Part shown: piece by piece, positions 1 to 11,806 of the stretch
Numbering within the stretch: position 1 is the first letter of the stretch
Layout: each line of letters starts with the position of its first letter
Assembly: GCA_010093605.1 (NCBI GenBank)
Contig: MU004191.1
Location: 480,816 to 544,815, forward strand
Direction of reading: 5' to 3'
DNA from: Lophium mytilinum
Taxonomy: Eukaryota
DNA length: 64,000 nt
Made by a program: the position numbers and the translations under genes
Notes under the pieces: model-generated
The model's input: only the letters and a program-made list of their open reading frames with translations
What the model was told of the DNA's origin: nothing
Database searches by the model: none

Positions 1-161
1 CTACCGCCTGTAACGGTTGGGAAGAAGACAAGGCCATGTTTGACCGATGGGGCCTGCGACCGATGGAGAGCCACGAAACTCTTCAAGGTCAGGAGGAGAT
101 GAAGGAATCAATTCCTCCTGTGGTCGAGCAGAAGGAGCAAGCATTGGCCAGCGCGCCATGA
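1..161 (+). CDS. bioB: Biotin synthase, C-terminal fragment (gene starts before window)
   Basis: Frame from nt 3 reads TACNGWEEDKAMFDRWGLRPMES...SAP* (TGA 159-161), matching the fungal Bio2 C-terminal motif CNGWxEDKAMxxxWGLxPM; adjacent to bioF and bioDA. Confidence 0.9.
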   Translation, partial: TACNGWEEDKAMFDRWGLRPMESHETLQGQEEMKESIPPVVEQKEQALASAP

Positions 162-338
162 AAATTTGGAGGTGTTTAAAAGTGAGATTTCGCAGCGTAC
201 ATGAAGCTCCTCCTTGCGGAGTCGAGCATCTGAATATTCAAATACATATACTATATATGCGCTAGCTTTTGATGTCTAGAGAACTGGAAATATGCTCTAT
301 GTATGCAAAATATTGACTTATTCAAGAGTCCGAGCCCA

Positions 339-1761
339 TCAGAGTCGAGCCTTCTCCAAAGCTGGCGGTAGTGCATCGCCAGCAAAGTCACCCCCTTCTG
401 TTTGTACTCCAACCCAGTCATCAATCCTATCAACCAGCTTCCGAACCTCGTCATAGGTGTTGCCCGAGTGTAGACACACTCGAATTCTCGAGCTGCCATG
501 AGGTACAGTCGGAGGCACTACAGCGCGCACAACAAACCCTGCATCTTGACAATACTTCGCCAGACTTCTTGGGTGCGGCGTGATAACTGCGAAGATAGGG
601 CTCTGTGGACACTCTGCCGGGACTCTGAGCAGCGCAGCTGGGCCGTTATTGAATCCGTGTTTGGCTACTAGGTCTTGGAGCATGTCGAATGTTGCTTGAA
701 TAAGCCACTTCAGGTGCAGCGCAAGCTTGAATCACATAGAACGTTAGGTGCCGTCTTACGAAAACAGATACTCACCAGCTGGACTTACTGGCTCTGTGTC
801 TCCCCGCTGGAGGAGACTGTAGGAGGCTCGGATGCCAGCGAGGGAAGGGTAGGACATAAAGGTTGTATAAATGAGAGGCCGAGCGTAGTTGAGTAGGTAG
901 TGACGGACCACTGGCGAACATAACACGATTGCTGAGGACCACCGGTTAGTGAAAATGAAAGGAGCTAGGTACAGATGATGTCCTACCTCCATTGCTAGAG
1001 AGAGCTTTCCCGAAGGTGTGAAGTCTCGCAAAGACCTTGTCCTCAAGTCCGAGTTCACACACAAGGCCCCGTCCAAACGGTCCTACTACCCCCGTAGAAT
1101 GTGCTTCATCAACAACGATGTACCCATTCTTTCGTGGCAGCGCCTGCTCAACCACATCTACGATGGCTTTGAGAGGCAGTAGATCCCCATCCATACTGTA
1201 GATGGCCTCAACAGCAACAAACACACTGCGCCGTCCATCTCTTACCAGCCCATCATTCTCTTCACACTCCTCAAGCACCCGCTTCAGATCCTCAACCGAG
1301 TTGTGCAGGAACGGGAGACACTTCGCCGCCCGACTCAACCGCATACCCTCGTGCACAGACGCATGAATAAACTCATCATGAACAATAACATCGCCCGGTT
1401 GCGGCATGCACGAAAAGAACCCGGCGTTAGCGTCGAACCCAGAGTTGAACAGCAACCCCGACGGGGCCCGATGGAAAGCGGCTATGCTTTTCTCTAGATC
1501 CTCGGCATATGCTGAGTTGCCGTCCAGGAGCCGTGACCCACCACTGCCAAGCTTGCACGTCGTGTTGGAGAGCTCTTGCAGATAGGCGGTGCGGAGAGCC
1601 GGCGAGGTGGAGAGGGAGAGGAAGTCGTTGGAGGAGAAATCAACAGAGCCGGTGGGGGAAACGAGGAGGTTGCGGAGCGTGGATTGGGCACGGCGCCGGT
1701 CTAGGGTCTGGCGGATTGTTTGCTCGATTGGCAATTGGGTTGTGGGTGCATCGTCGTCCAT
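339..1761 (-). CDS. bioF: 8-amino-7-oxononanoate (KAPA) synthase, 3 exons, peroxisomal
   Basis: Motifs DFSSNDFL, GSGGSRLLDG, YSMDGD, VDEAH, HTFGKA (PLP Lys). Exons 1761-987, 931-789, 725-339 joined by GT-AG introns; ends ...EKARL* (PTS1). Confidence 0.95.
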
Positions 1762-2383
1762 TTCCGTTAGGTGGTATAGGAGATGTTGGGAGTCAACAAG
1801 GTGTTTACACTCCCGAAAATTTGTTGAGTGCTTGAAAGATGACGGGTGCGGAAGATGACAGTGCCTCTAGTACTGGGAGGAAAAGAGAGAACGCCTTGAT
1901 ACTGCCGTATTCAATTGGGTTGAATTCTGCAGGTAAATAGTTTCGAATAAGAGGCTTGACGGGTGGTTAATGTGGATGCTTCGTTGAGACATGGGATTTA
2001 ATGCTGACTGGATCTCCTCACGGCCCCGGTTATTCTATCCACCGCAACTCTTGTCAGAGACTATGGCTCTACTTGGAGTTGTAATGCAACCTGTTCCGTC
2101 ACTGTCCCAGTCTCTTTTATTGATCTTTATGATCCCCGATTAGTCCACCAACGAATTGCTGTTGCTGTAGAGCCGCGACCTCGGGAGCAATATATCCCCC
2201 CAGATCCCGATGTGTGGGGTAGATCAGGGGCTAGCGCAGAACGAGCGAAACCTTCATTCGACTTCATTCGTAAATTTTGACCACTAAATACTCGTTTGTA
2301 TAGGTCGACCGGATTCGGGAGCTAGTTGGATACATCTGCTGTCCAAGGCCTCCCCGTCGTACCATCTGGGTAGCCTCTGTGTC

Positions 2384-5196
2384 ATGTCTGCCATAGCTGC
2401 CAGAGGCGCGTTCCTTCGGCGTAGAGTTCCTGCAATCCAGATCTATGGCGCGAACACGGGAGTCGGTACTACCGAATCTCTCTCATCCTACGGTTCAATT
2501 TGCTGATGTCTAATAGGCAAAACTGTGGTCTCGACATTGTTGGCTAAAGCTCTAAAAAGCCATTGGCCGGGAAAAGATGTAGCTTATCTAAAGCCTGTGT
2601 CGACTGGCCCCGATTCCGACCGCGATGACAGGTACGAAGCTGGAGTGGCCGGGTCAGGTCGCAGCGACAACAACAGGAGATATACTAATAGGGCCTTATA
2701 GTTATGTACATCGATACGCTGGGATCCGGGCTAAAACACTTTACCAATTTGATGATCCTGTCAGCCCTCACATAGCGGCTCGTAAGCCCGGTTTTGTATG
2801 CAGTCTCGTCTTACATCACCACTTTCCAGGAAACCTAACGTAAAACTCAGACGCCTCCAACGGACGATCATCTGTGCAGCTCGGTTCTGGAGTGGATGAA
2901 TAGAGCGGTACCAAAGGATGGCGTGATCATAGTCGAGACAGCTGGTGGTGTGCTATCGCCAGGCCCGAGCGGGACGCCACAGGCCGACATTTTTCGGCCT
3001 CTTCGACTACCTGTTGTACTTGTTGGAGATCATCAACTTGGGGGGATCGCAACAACATTATCAGCTGCAGAGTCCCTCACTCTGCGGGGATATGATATTG
3101 TTGCAGTTGTAGTACCAACTGGAAATCTTGGTAACCACAATTACTTAAGAACCATCTTCCATCGCCAGCGTAGTGTCCCTGTTTACGAAATACCTCTGAT
3201 TTCCGACTTTAGTCGAAATTCGGTCGGGTCTCCGGTTCTAGAGGGCACAGACCTGTCCCATTCGGATGCTACGTTGAGGGCCTACTACAACGCGATTTCT
3301 CGCTCTCACATGCATGTAATCATCGGAGAAATCAAGTCAAAGCACGCCCGCCGCTTATATGATCTGGACAAGATGTCTGCGAAAGCAGCAGAGGTAATAT
3401 GGCATCCCTTCACTCAACACAAAGATCAGACCGCTGCTGGATTGCTTCCTCTCGATTCCGCCCATGGCGATTTCTTCCAGGTCTATAGGCCTTCGAACGA
3501 GTACGTTCACAGGGGCTTGGAAGCAGCTTCCGCATGGCCAGATGGGTCCGATCTTCATGCTGCGTTTGATGGCTCCGCATCATGGTGGACTCAAGGGCTT
3601 GGCCATGGCAATCAGGACCTCGCGCTCGCTACAGCCTATGCTGCCGGGAGATATGGTCACGTAATGTTTGCAGGAGCTGTACACGAACCAGCGTTAATGC
3701 TTGCCACAAACCTCATACGCCTCATGGACAGCGATAACAAAAGTAGGCTTCGAAAGGCCTTCTACACAGATGATGGAAGCACGGGTATTGAAGTCGGTAT
3801 CAAGATGGCATTGAAGGCGGCGTCAGTAAAATATGGATGGGACGGCTCTTCCACGGACATCGGCATCATAGGCCTCAAAGGCAGCTACCATGGCGATACC
3901 ATCGGTGCAATGGATTGCTCAGAGCCTTCAACATACAACAAAAAAGTGGAGTGGTATCGTGGCCGCGGCTACTGGTTCGACTATCCACAAGTCAAACTGA
4001 AGAAAGGAAAATGGACTGTCGAAGCTCCTGCTGGTATGGAAGATGACTTTGGCTCTCCGCAGCACTACGAGAGTCTACAGGAGGTCTTTAACCTAGACGA
4101 GAGGGACTCTAGTGTCTATGAGCGTTATATCATCAAGGTTCTGAAACAGCTCATCCAAGACGAGGGGAGGAAATTTGGCGCATTAGTCATGGAACCAGTA
4201 TTGCTTGGAGCCGGCGGCATGATCATGGTGTAAGTTCTTTCTTCCTCTGTTGTACCCTTACAAGGCTTGCTAAGCATCACCCTTAGCGATCCGCTGTTCC
4301 AGCAAACACTCGCCAAAGTTATCCGCACCTCTCCCATCCTTGCATCCATGTCTGAGGCAGCGCCATCCCTTGAGACGGACAATGCTACCAATGACCCTGT
4401 CCACTGGACCGGCCTCCCCGTCGTCTTCGATGAAGTCTTCACTGGCATGTACCGCCTAGGCCGCTTCAGTTCCAGCTCCTTCCTTGACACTCAAGCCGAC
4501 ATCTCGGTCCACGCCAAGCTGCTCACGGGCGGCTTGCTCCCACTCTGCGTCACCCTGGCCAGTCAAAGCATATTCGACGCGTTCTTGAGCAACGAAAAGT
4601 CCGACGCGCTCCTCCATGGCCACAGTTACACCGCGCATGCTATTGGCTGCCATGTCGCCAACGTCTCCATGGAGAAGTACGCCAACCTCCCTAAGATGGG
4701 CAATTGGAGACGAGCCGCAAGGGACTGGGCCCCAACTCGCAGAGCCCCGGCTGAAGCTTCATTCGTAGGGTCTGGCATGGACCCTACAAAATATGTGTGG
4801 AGCATGTGGACCAAGGATTTCGTTACCAATCTATCGAATAAGGAATGCGTCGAGGGTGTTGTTGCGATCGGCTCTGTGCTCGCGATCACCCTCATCGATG
4901 AGTCGGGCTCGGGTACGTCAGCTGATGCTGCGTATGACCATTTTACCACGTTGCTAACAAGTAACTCAGGATACAATTCAAACGCCGCTATCAAGCTGCG
5001 TGACACGTTGCTCGAACGGGGGTCGCGTCATGACTGGGGCATACATTCTAGAGTGCTTGGTAACGTCTTTTACCTCATGGGAAGCATGACTTCTTCGAGT
5101 GACACATTACGACTGGTACAGAAGGCTGTGACAAAGCACATTGATCCCACCGCAGAACCTCACGAAAAGGATCTTGATATAAGCGAAGACCAATAG
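2384..5196 (+). CDS. bioDA: Bifunctional dethiobiotin synthetase / DAPA aminotransferase, 6 exons
   Basis: ATG 2384; spliced GANTGVGKT P-loop, YLKPVSTG, VETAGGVLSP (BioD), then WHPFTQH, DGSASWW, SYHGDT, FDEVFTG, AKLLTGG (BioA). Introns about 2466-2516, 2632-2701, 2797-2850, 4230-4286, 4913-4969. Confidence 0.95.
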
Positions 5197-5389
5197 GGGC
5201 GGAGTGAAGCATGTAGACGTAAGCATAACTAAAAAGTGGGCGAGAATCTTCACAGTGCAACCAACTCAAATTCAGATGAATAGATTTGAGAAATAGAGTT
5301 GCATCAAAAGTTAGCCTCGTGCTCTATATGGGCTATATCGTGCCATTGCACCGATGACTTCAGAACTCGTCCATACTCCCAGTGCCTCC

Positions 5390-6340
5390 CTATAGCCCTG
5401 CCCATTCGATAGAAAAGGCACGGACGCCGTCCTCCGTACGACGCCCCGAGCCCTTATCACTCACATCATTCGTTGACGTATCAGCCCCGCCAATCATGTA
5501 TGCCTTCTTGACGCCAGTGCCCAACCTCCCGCCACCAACAATGTCCAGGAGATCAAACTCCTCATCCCAGTCTAGCCCAGTCGCAAGGAAGTGGCTGTGG
5601 AACCGAAGCGGGTCGCCCGGATAGACAGTATAGTTGCAACCAAACCGCAAGCCAGGAGTCATAAAGTAGCCTTTAGAATGCAGGTACGCAAAAAGCGGAT
5701 ATGTGCGCGGCACGTGGGGTAACGGAGTAGTAGGACTAATTGGCGGGGTTGGCAAACGCGGATAGGAGGTTGTGGGCGTGACGAAGAAGGGGTCTAGACC
5801 ATTGGGAGCCTGCGATATTGCGGGCGAGGCTGATCGAGGTGGAGAGTCGAACAGAGAGGTGTCCGCCTCTGCGTCGGTAGGCGTGGCTGCGCTGCTCGAC
5901 TCGAGGGCCTCTGAGGCACGTCTTGCGGCGTTTTCCTGCACTTTACGCGCGAGCCCTTTTCTCTGGAGGGCCTTCTCTGACCGCTCCTCTGCCTTCTTTT
6001 GGTTGTTCAGCGCAGCGTCCATGCCCTGCTTGTCCATGGCTTGCAGGAACGCTAGCCGGTCTTCTCTGTTCATCTCTAGAAAGCCCTTGTTGTGCACGTC
6101 TACGTCGTCGGCGATGTATGCATGTCCTTGCTCCACGAGTAGTCGAGCCTCTTCGGGCATCAATTCGAGGGGAATCCCAAGGAAAACGTTTTGCTGCGAC
6201 ATGTGGGCGATGGTTCCGACGAGGACGCCGGTGATGTTGTGCTCCCGCCGAGCGTATGTGACGGCGTCTACATCGAAGATGAGGAAGCGATTCGCGATCT
6301 GGGAGATGGGGAACGGCTCTGGCACTGAGATGTCGGCCAT
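5390..6340 (-). CDS. SEN34: tRNA-splicing endonuclease catalytic subunit
   Basis: QQNVFLGIPLELMPEE and GLRFGCNYTVYPGDPLRFHSHF...GRLGTGVKK catalytic motifs; single 316-aa ORF. Confidence 0.93.
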   Translation of the reverse strand: MADISVPEPFPISQIANRFLIFDVDAVTYARREHNITGVLVGTIAHMSQQNVFLGIPLELMPEEARLLVEQGHAYIADDVDVHNKGFLEMNREDRLAFLQAMDKQGMDAALNNQKKAEERSEKALQRKGLARKVQENAARRASEALESSSAATPTDAEADTSLFDSPPRSASPAISQAPNGLDPFFVTPTTSYPRLPTPPISPTTPLPHVPRTYPLFAYLHSKGYFMTPGLRFGCNYTVYPGDPLRFHSHFLATGLDWDEEFDLLDIVGGGRLGTGVKKAYMIGGADTSTNDVSDKGSGRRTEDGVRAFSIEWAGL

Positions 6341-6783
6341 GGTGTTTGGTTGTAGGTGTCGGATGACGACTAGACTTCATAGAATTAGCGCTGCTTGCTA
6401 ACACTGAATATGTGTAGGAATCAAAGCTGTGCGATAGAAGGTTCATATAAAGATTTTTTATAAATAGGGTCGTCAAGGAAAATGAATTCTCAGTGGATTG
6501 ACAGATATTTTTGGAATAATCATGTTGTGCTCGTTGCATGGGTGTTGCTGTGCTTGACTCACCTCTCGTTGCTTACGGCGGGATGAAGTCGACCAAGAGT
6601 ATCCTGCCGTTAGTAGTTTCGAGACGCATTGTTGAACAGCATCGGACGTGAGAGTCACACGGAGGAGCAAAGAGTTTGTCGTGGGAAATTTCGAAAAGGC
6701 GCCCGAATTAAATGTGCCAAGACCCAATCAAATAGTGGCAGCCCTGACCTCACTTCTACCTCTTCAACCTCGATACACCACTA

Positions 6784-7029
6784 ATGATGAATGTTATCGT
6801 CCTTCTCACGTTTCTTTTCTTCATTCCGTTGCTACTTTTCATAGTCTTTCTCGGCCTATCCTCCTGCCTTGGCGACAACTTCCGCGCTCGTTTCTCTGGA
6901 GTCAGCGTTAACCCACGTCTCACATCTTTTGGTCGCAGCTACGCCAGGGGATTAGGATCCGGCGCAGGTCAAGGAGGATGGGAACAAATCGAAATGGAAG
7001 ACATGCTTGGAGAAGATGAAGACCTCTGA
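6784..7029 (+). CDS. Small single-pass membrane protein (81 aa), unknown function
   Basis: Hydrophobic N-terminal segment (VIVLLTFLFFIPLLLFIVFLGL), Gly-rich linker, acidic tail GGWEQIEMEDML; fits the gap between SEN34 and ELP4. Confidence 0.65.
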   Translation: MMNVIVLLTFLFFIPLLLFIVFLGLSSCLGDNFRARFSGVSVNPRLTSFGRSYARGLGSGAGQGGWEQIEMEDMLGEDEDL

Positions 7030-7107
7030 TTGCCACACGCTTTCATAAAACAGCACTATGTGGACATTGAGCTAGCGAACAACTGGCGAAGGCTGGATAT
7101 TATTACA

Positions 7108-8359
7108 CTAGAACTCGATATCGACCTTTGTCGCCTTCCCACCCTCTGCGCCAAGTGCCCCGGACTGTCCCTCCTGGTCTCCCTCAACCGGCGGCAAGCT
7201 GAACTTGGCGATTACGAACTTCCGCCTACTAGCTGTGAACGCGAGGTCATCTCCCAGTCCTCCGCCTCCGCCTCCTCCACCTCCTTTCTCGTGGAATACA
7301 GGTAGTCGGTGGATCTTCAGCATGCCTTGTGGACGCTCTTCCTGCGCGGTTGCAGCACCAGAAGCAGACAGCGTGTCTGCGAGGTGTGGAAAGGGTGTTA
7401 GCTCTAGCACACCATCGCTTAGGAGTTCCATCCAGCGCACCAAGCCTGACGTCCTGGGGTAGAGCTCTAACGGAAGGGTGAGGACCGCTGTGAGGCGTGT
7501 TGAATAGGTGCGGAGTAGGCCGCGCAGGCCGTGGAGGAATTGGAGTATATGGGATGGCTGAGACGCTGTTTGAGGATATAGAGCTGGTGAAAGGAGGCTC
7601 GGGACGACGAATCGGTGGATTGTAGCTTCTGGGGCGGAGGAGAGCTGGTCATTGATACTCTGGAGGATTGATACAAACGGAGAGGATGTTGTTGATGGTA
7701 CTGGGATGAAGTGCATCGAGGAACCCACAGGAAGAGTGAGCCTCTTAGCCAAATCGAAGGTATGGCAGAAGGTCGGTGGCTCTGTTGAAGGCTGGTTATT
7801 CGCAGCTGCCTCTGAAGCTGCAGGTGTACGATCTACTTGTTTTACTTTAGCGTTAGTATATGAAAACTTCTATGAACATAGTTCGAATTTGCATATATAC
7901 AAGACAAGCATCCCACACACCTCGACTCCCCTCTCTGCCTGCCCCAAACTCCCCCAAGCGCTCATACCTCCACGCAATCTTCATCTTGTCCTCTCCTACT
8001 CTCTTCCCTTTGTCTGTGCTTTCCCTCCCAGTGACAACCCCAGGCAGTTCCCGGCCCCAGTGCTCTCCGACGCCCACTACATGCACCTTGTGCCCCTGTA
8101 CCACTCCTTCAGCAGCGTAGAGCCGCAGCAGCATGCCCGCATAGTCCGTCGTTCCAGACTCCTCTAGCAAAAGCGAGCTCCCGAGCGCGAGACCGGCATG
8201 GCCAGCTAAGATGCCGTCAAGGCTCGGCGTGCCAGTCGAGGTCGTGGGGCGGCCGTCGATGGGCGACGGACGGAGACCTAGGGTTGGCTCTAGCGCGGCC
8301 GAGGATTGCGATGTTGAGTCAGGACGCGAGAGGCCAACATTGCGTTTGCGGAAGGCCAT
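7108..8359 (-). CDS. ELP4: Elongator complex subunit 4, 2 exons
   Basis: MAFRKRN start; STGTPSLDGILAGHAGL, EESGTTDY, MKIAWRY, FCHTFDL, FSLPP motifs; intron about 7920-7847. Confidence 0.92.
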
Positions 8360-9019
8360 GTTGTGTTTCGCGTTGTGTGAAGGAAGAGGACGAAAGCAGG
8401 TGGGGCGTCCTGGCGTTCTCAACACCAAATAAATTTCAGCCCTATGATCTGGGTCATAGCTCCTCGCTACCTTCGAGCTTTCCTAGGCCGGGTTGGGCGT
8501 GTCTCATCCACCAACACTACATTCGGGTTTAGGAGCTTCCTGATTCCTTCGTAGGGTAGCTGAAACAACAGTTTACATTGAAAAGATTCGTGTCCAGAAA
8601 TGTAGCTTCAACCCAGACTGCGTTGCCGCCACATTCATCCTTGTCACCACCAGCCTCCACCAGATACAATCGTCCCGCTCCTGGCATTGTAGTCACAGTT
8701 GCTCGCAAGTACCATTACGGCAACGAACATGACACGTCTCTGCACCGTCGAGAGGCTTCGCCCCACGTCGTGGATCCCTAGTAGACATGGAGGACACCAA
8801 TGGTTTTACATCCTGTGCCTCAAAGGATTTGTATCACCTTCTTGCAAAGTGTCTTTTATCGCTATTTAATAGCCATGCTCGTCTCCATCCTCTCCTGTAT
8901 CAAAGCCCTCAGTCGTTTCTCTGGCTTGTTTTGGTCCCCTATCTATCTATTCTTCTGTCCCGTATCGTTGTCTCTACGTAGACAGTCCACCGAACCTCGT
9001 TCCTTCATTGATCTCCATC

Positions 9020-10972
9020 ATGCGGCCCGCTACGACTCTGCTAGTAGCTTCAATCAGCACTGTTGCTTCCGCCATTCCCGCTCTAGGGTGGCCTCGAGAT
9101 GTCATGGCTCAAGCATTTGGGCTCGTCGACCGAAACTACGACCACGAGACGACCACGCCTGCGACTGAATTAGCAACGCTGCCTGCTACCACATCTTCAT
9201 CCTCCCATGGGGGAAGCTACGGTGTGACGCAGGTCTCGTCTCAGCATTCAACGCCTTCTTCCGGACTTTCACAGGCTTCCTCCCCCTCTAGTGTCGTGTC
9301 CTACGCATCATCAGCTTGGACTCCCTCCTCGGTTCTATCGACACCGTGGTCAACTCCCTCTAGCGTGATAGTAGTCTCACCTTCCAGCGTGGTATCGACG
9401 CCGTCTCCAACCTCCGTCGGCGGAGTTTACAGTGCACCAGAAACTTCGTCCCAAATCGTAGAGACTTACGCCCCTATCTCAGAAGCTTCTTCCATAGTTT
9501 CCCCACCGACACCTTCTACTGCGCTCTCGACTCCATCTTCACTCGCAGTGCCCACCTCGGTAGCCTCCGTCGTGCTATCAACACCGTCTCCGTCCTCAAT
9601 TGTTGAAGGCTACACTGGCACATGGGGAAAGCCTTTCACGCTCCCTCCATACTCAGAGGCCACACCATCCTCCATTGCCTCTTCGACTCCGGGTTTTTCT
9701 TTGGGATCCTACGCAGCCACCAGCGTAATAACTACTAGCGTGTTGGTAACAGAGTCTCCGTCCTCTATTGGTGCAGGTTACATCATCTCTGAGGGCTGGT
9801 CCTCGCCCATGGTATATTCTACTGCGGAAGACTCTAGCATTTCATCACTGCCATTATACAAAGCCCAGGCTTCATCCCCTACATCCCAGGCTTCATCCCC
9901 TACATCCCAGGCTTCATCCCCTACATCCCAGGCTTCATCCCCTACATCCCAAGCTTCATCTCCTACATCCCAGGCTTCTTTGTATACTTCCCAGGCTTCA
10001 TCCCCTGCATCCCAGGATTCTTCCTATTCAAGCCTAACCTCGTCTTCCGCTCTAGAAAAGGGGCCATCCGGACTCTACCCAACGGGAATCTTCCCTACAG
10101 GGCCATACCCAACGGGAACTGGAATTCCTCCCACTACGATTGGATATACTGGAGATATCGAGACTCTGACCACCTATACTACGACAACAGTTTGCCCTAT
10201 TACGACAATATCGGGCACAGCAGCAGTTGCTACTTTTGTTACTAAGATTCTCACTATCACCTCGTGCAAAGGCGGGTGTCACTACGCCACAACTCTACCG
10301 CCTTCTCTCCCATATGACGAATCAACTATCATTGCCACTGTGGTGCCCACATCTTCATGGAAATTTAGTGCAACCTCCATTCCCGTCGGATCCTCAGGTG
10401 GCACTACCATTTATTCCACGGGCCTGTCTTCTTGGCTCGAAGCCTCCGTCTACACGTCATATATTACTAGCTGGCAGCTTGTGAATGAGCTTACACCAAC
10501 TCCTACCGACGGATATTACTCTCCCACTATAACCCCTGTATCCAGCGCTATTACTTCCCTCGTTGGTTATCCGGCATCAGTCGCTACTGATGCTTCGCTG
10601 GCTTCCCCTAGTGTCGTTATCTCCCCTGAGACCACCACCCCTATTGTTGGCTATTCAGGTGTTGCTGGGCTGCCCCCTGACAATCCTTCTACCCTTCCTT
10701 TGAACTCATGCGTAGCTCAGACGACCACCATCACAGTCACTGTGGGCTCCGAAGCGCCACTGCCCACCACTGTTGCCCCGAGTGGAACCGCATACTCGGC
10801 CGTTACGGCCATCCCATCCAACCCAGAGGCATCCAACCCAGAAGCCGCGTATCCTACCGAGCCCTCATCCGTGTTTGTGTCTCAGGGTTACCCGAATACA
10901 GTCATCAAAAATCCCAGCCTCTCATCCCCGACCAATACTCCTATCAACCCGATTACCACCAAGCACTATTAA
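9020..10972 (+). CDS. Secreted Ser/Thr/Pro-rich cell-surface (mucin-like) protein
   Basis: Signal-peptide-like N-terminus MRPATTLLVASISTVASAIP; very high S/T/P content; TTTTVCPIT...TITSCKGGC motif; QASSPTS repeats. Confidence 0.8.
   Translation: MRPATTLLVASISTVASAIPALGWPRDVMAQAFGLVDRNYDHETTTPATELATLPATTSSSSHGGSYGVTQVSSQHSTPSSGLSQASSPSSVVSYASSAWTPSSVLSTPWSTPSSVIVVSPSSVVSTPSPTSVGGVYSAPETSSQIVETYAPISEASSIVSPPTPSTALSTPSSLAVPTSVASVVLSTPSPSSIVEGYTGTWGKPFTLPPYSEATPSSIASSTPGFSLGSYAATSVITTSVLVTESPSSIGAGYIISEGWSSPMVYSTAEDSSISSLPLYKAQASSPTSQASSPTSQASSPTSQASSPTSQASSPTSQASLYTSQASSPASQDSSYSSLTSSSALEKGPSGLYPTGIFPTGPYPTGTGIPPTTIGYTGDIETLTTYTTTTVCPITTISGTAAVATFVTKILTITSCKGGCHYATTLPPSLPYDESTIIATVVPTSSWKFSATSIPVGSSGGTTIYSTGLSSWLEASVYTSYITSWQLVNELTPTPTDGYYSPTITPVSSAITSLVGYPASVATDASLASPSVVISPETTTPIVGYSGVAGLPPDNPSTLPLNSCVAQTTTITVTVGSEAPLPTTVAPSGTAYSAVTAIPSNPEASNPEAAYPTEPSSVFVSQGYPNTVIKNPSLSSPTNTPINPITTKHY
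9864..10016 (+). repeat. 21-bp coding tandem repeat (about 7 units, QASSPTS)
   Basis: cccaggcttcatcccctacat repeated; first units identical, later units degenerate. Confidence 0.95.
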
Positions 10973-11806
10973 GTAGAAATTCAGCAAGGAGATGTTGAGT
11001 CTGAGGCTTGATGTCTTGCAGCATGCTTGAAATTTCGTCTAAGGGTAAGAATCACAAAGAAAAAGAGGAACATACACACGAAAGGGGACTGTTATGGGAT
11101 TTAGTTCTGATTAGAACTCGGTAGTATTGCGGTCAGGAGAATACGCTAGCCCGTTTCTTTACAGTCGTAACGTACGTTGTTACTGCATTTCGTTGCCATT
11201 TTCATAGCTATAGACAAAAGAGTCGTGATGGTTTGCTATTACTTTTGGTGTTTCTAGGCCAAGTGAAATTACGTGTCCGACAAAATTGCGCTGTCGGAAG
11301 AAGGAGTGGCAAGCACATGAAACGTGTCTGGCTGTGCAATGGATTAATCCTCCAAAGCAAAGTCCTGTGCCTCGTAGTACCGCCACGTTCGAGCAGGCCT
11401 GATTCTGTGCCACTCAATGTCATGTCGTGAATGGATAAAGATAGCTCCGAGTGCCATGTCCTATTCGCCTACGAGCAAAAGAAGTTGTGGTTGAATTCCA
11501 TGACAAAATGTGTTGGTGCTTGTGATTGGTGGATGAAGATCGCGCTAGCGTGTGCAGCTTCAACGTCCTCGACGCGATCTGCTAGCCATTCACCAGCGTG
11601 CTGCCTTTCACTTTTGTGCCTGATACCCAAACCCTCCACCGAGCGTCAATTGCGCCCATCATAAAAGGCTGTCCGTCTTTCTGCAAATCCGATCTCTACA
11701 CACCCGCCAGATTACCAGCCTCACGTCCTACCAACCCACTTCAACCCTCCACCCTTAACCACACCACCTTCTGGATCGCTATCGGAAGGCTCTCTTCATA
11801 TTCATC

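Noticed and set aside
9864..10016. CRISPR-like array
   Set aside because: Head-to-tail coding repeat with no spacers, in a eukaryotic gene
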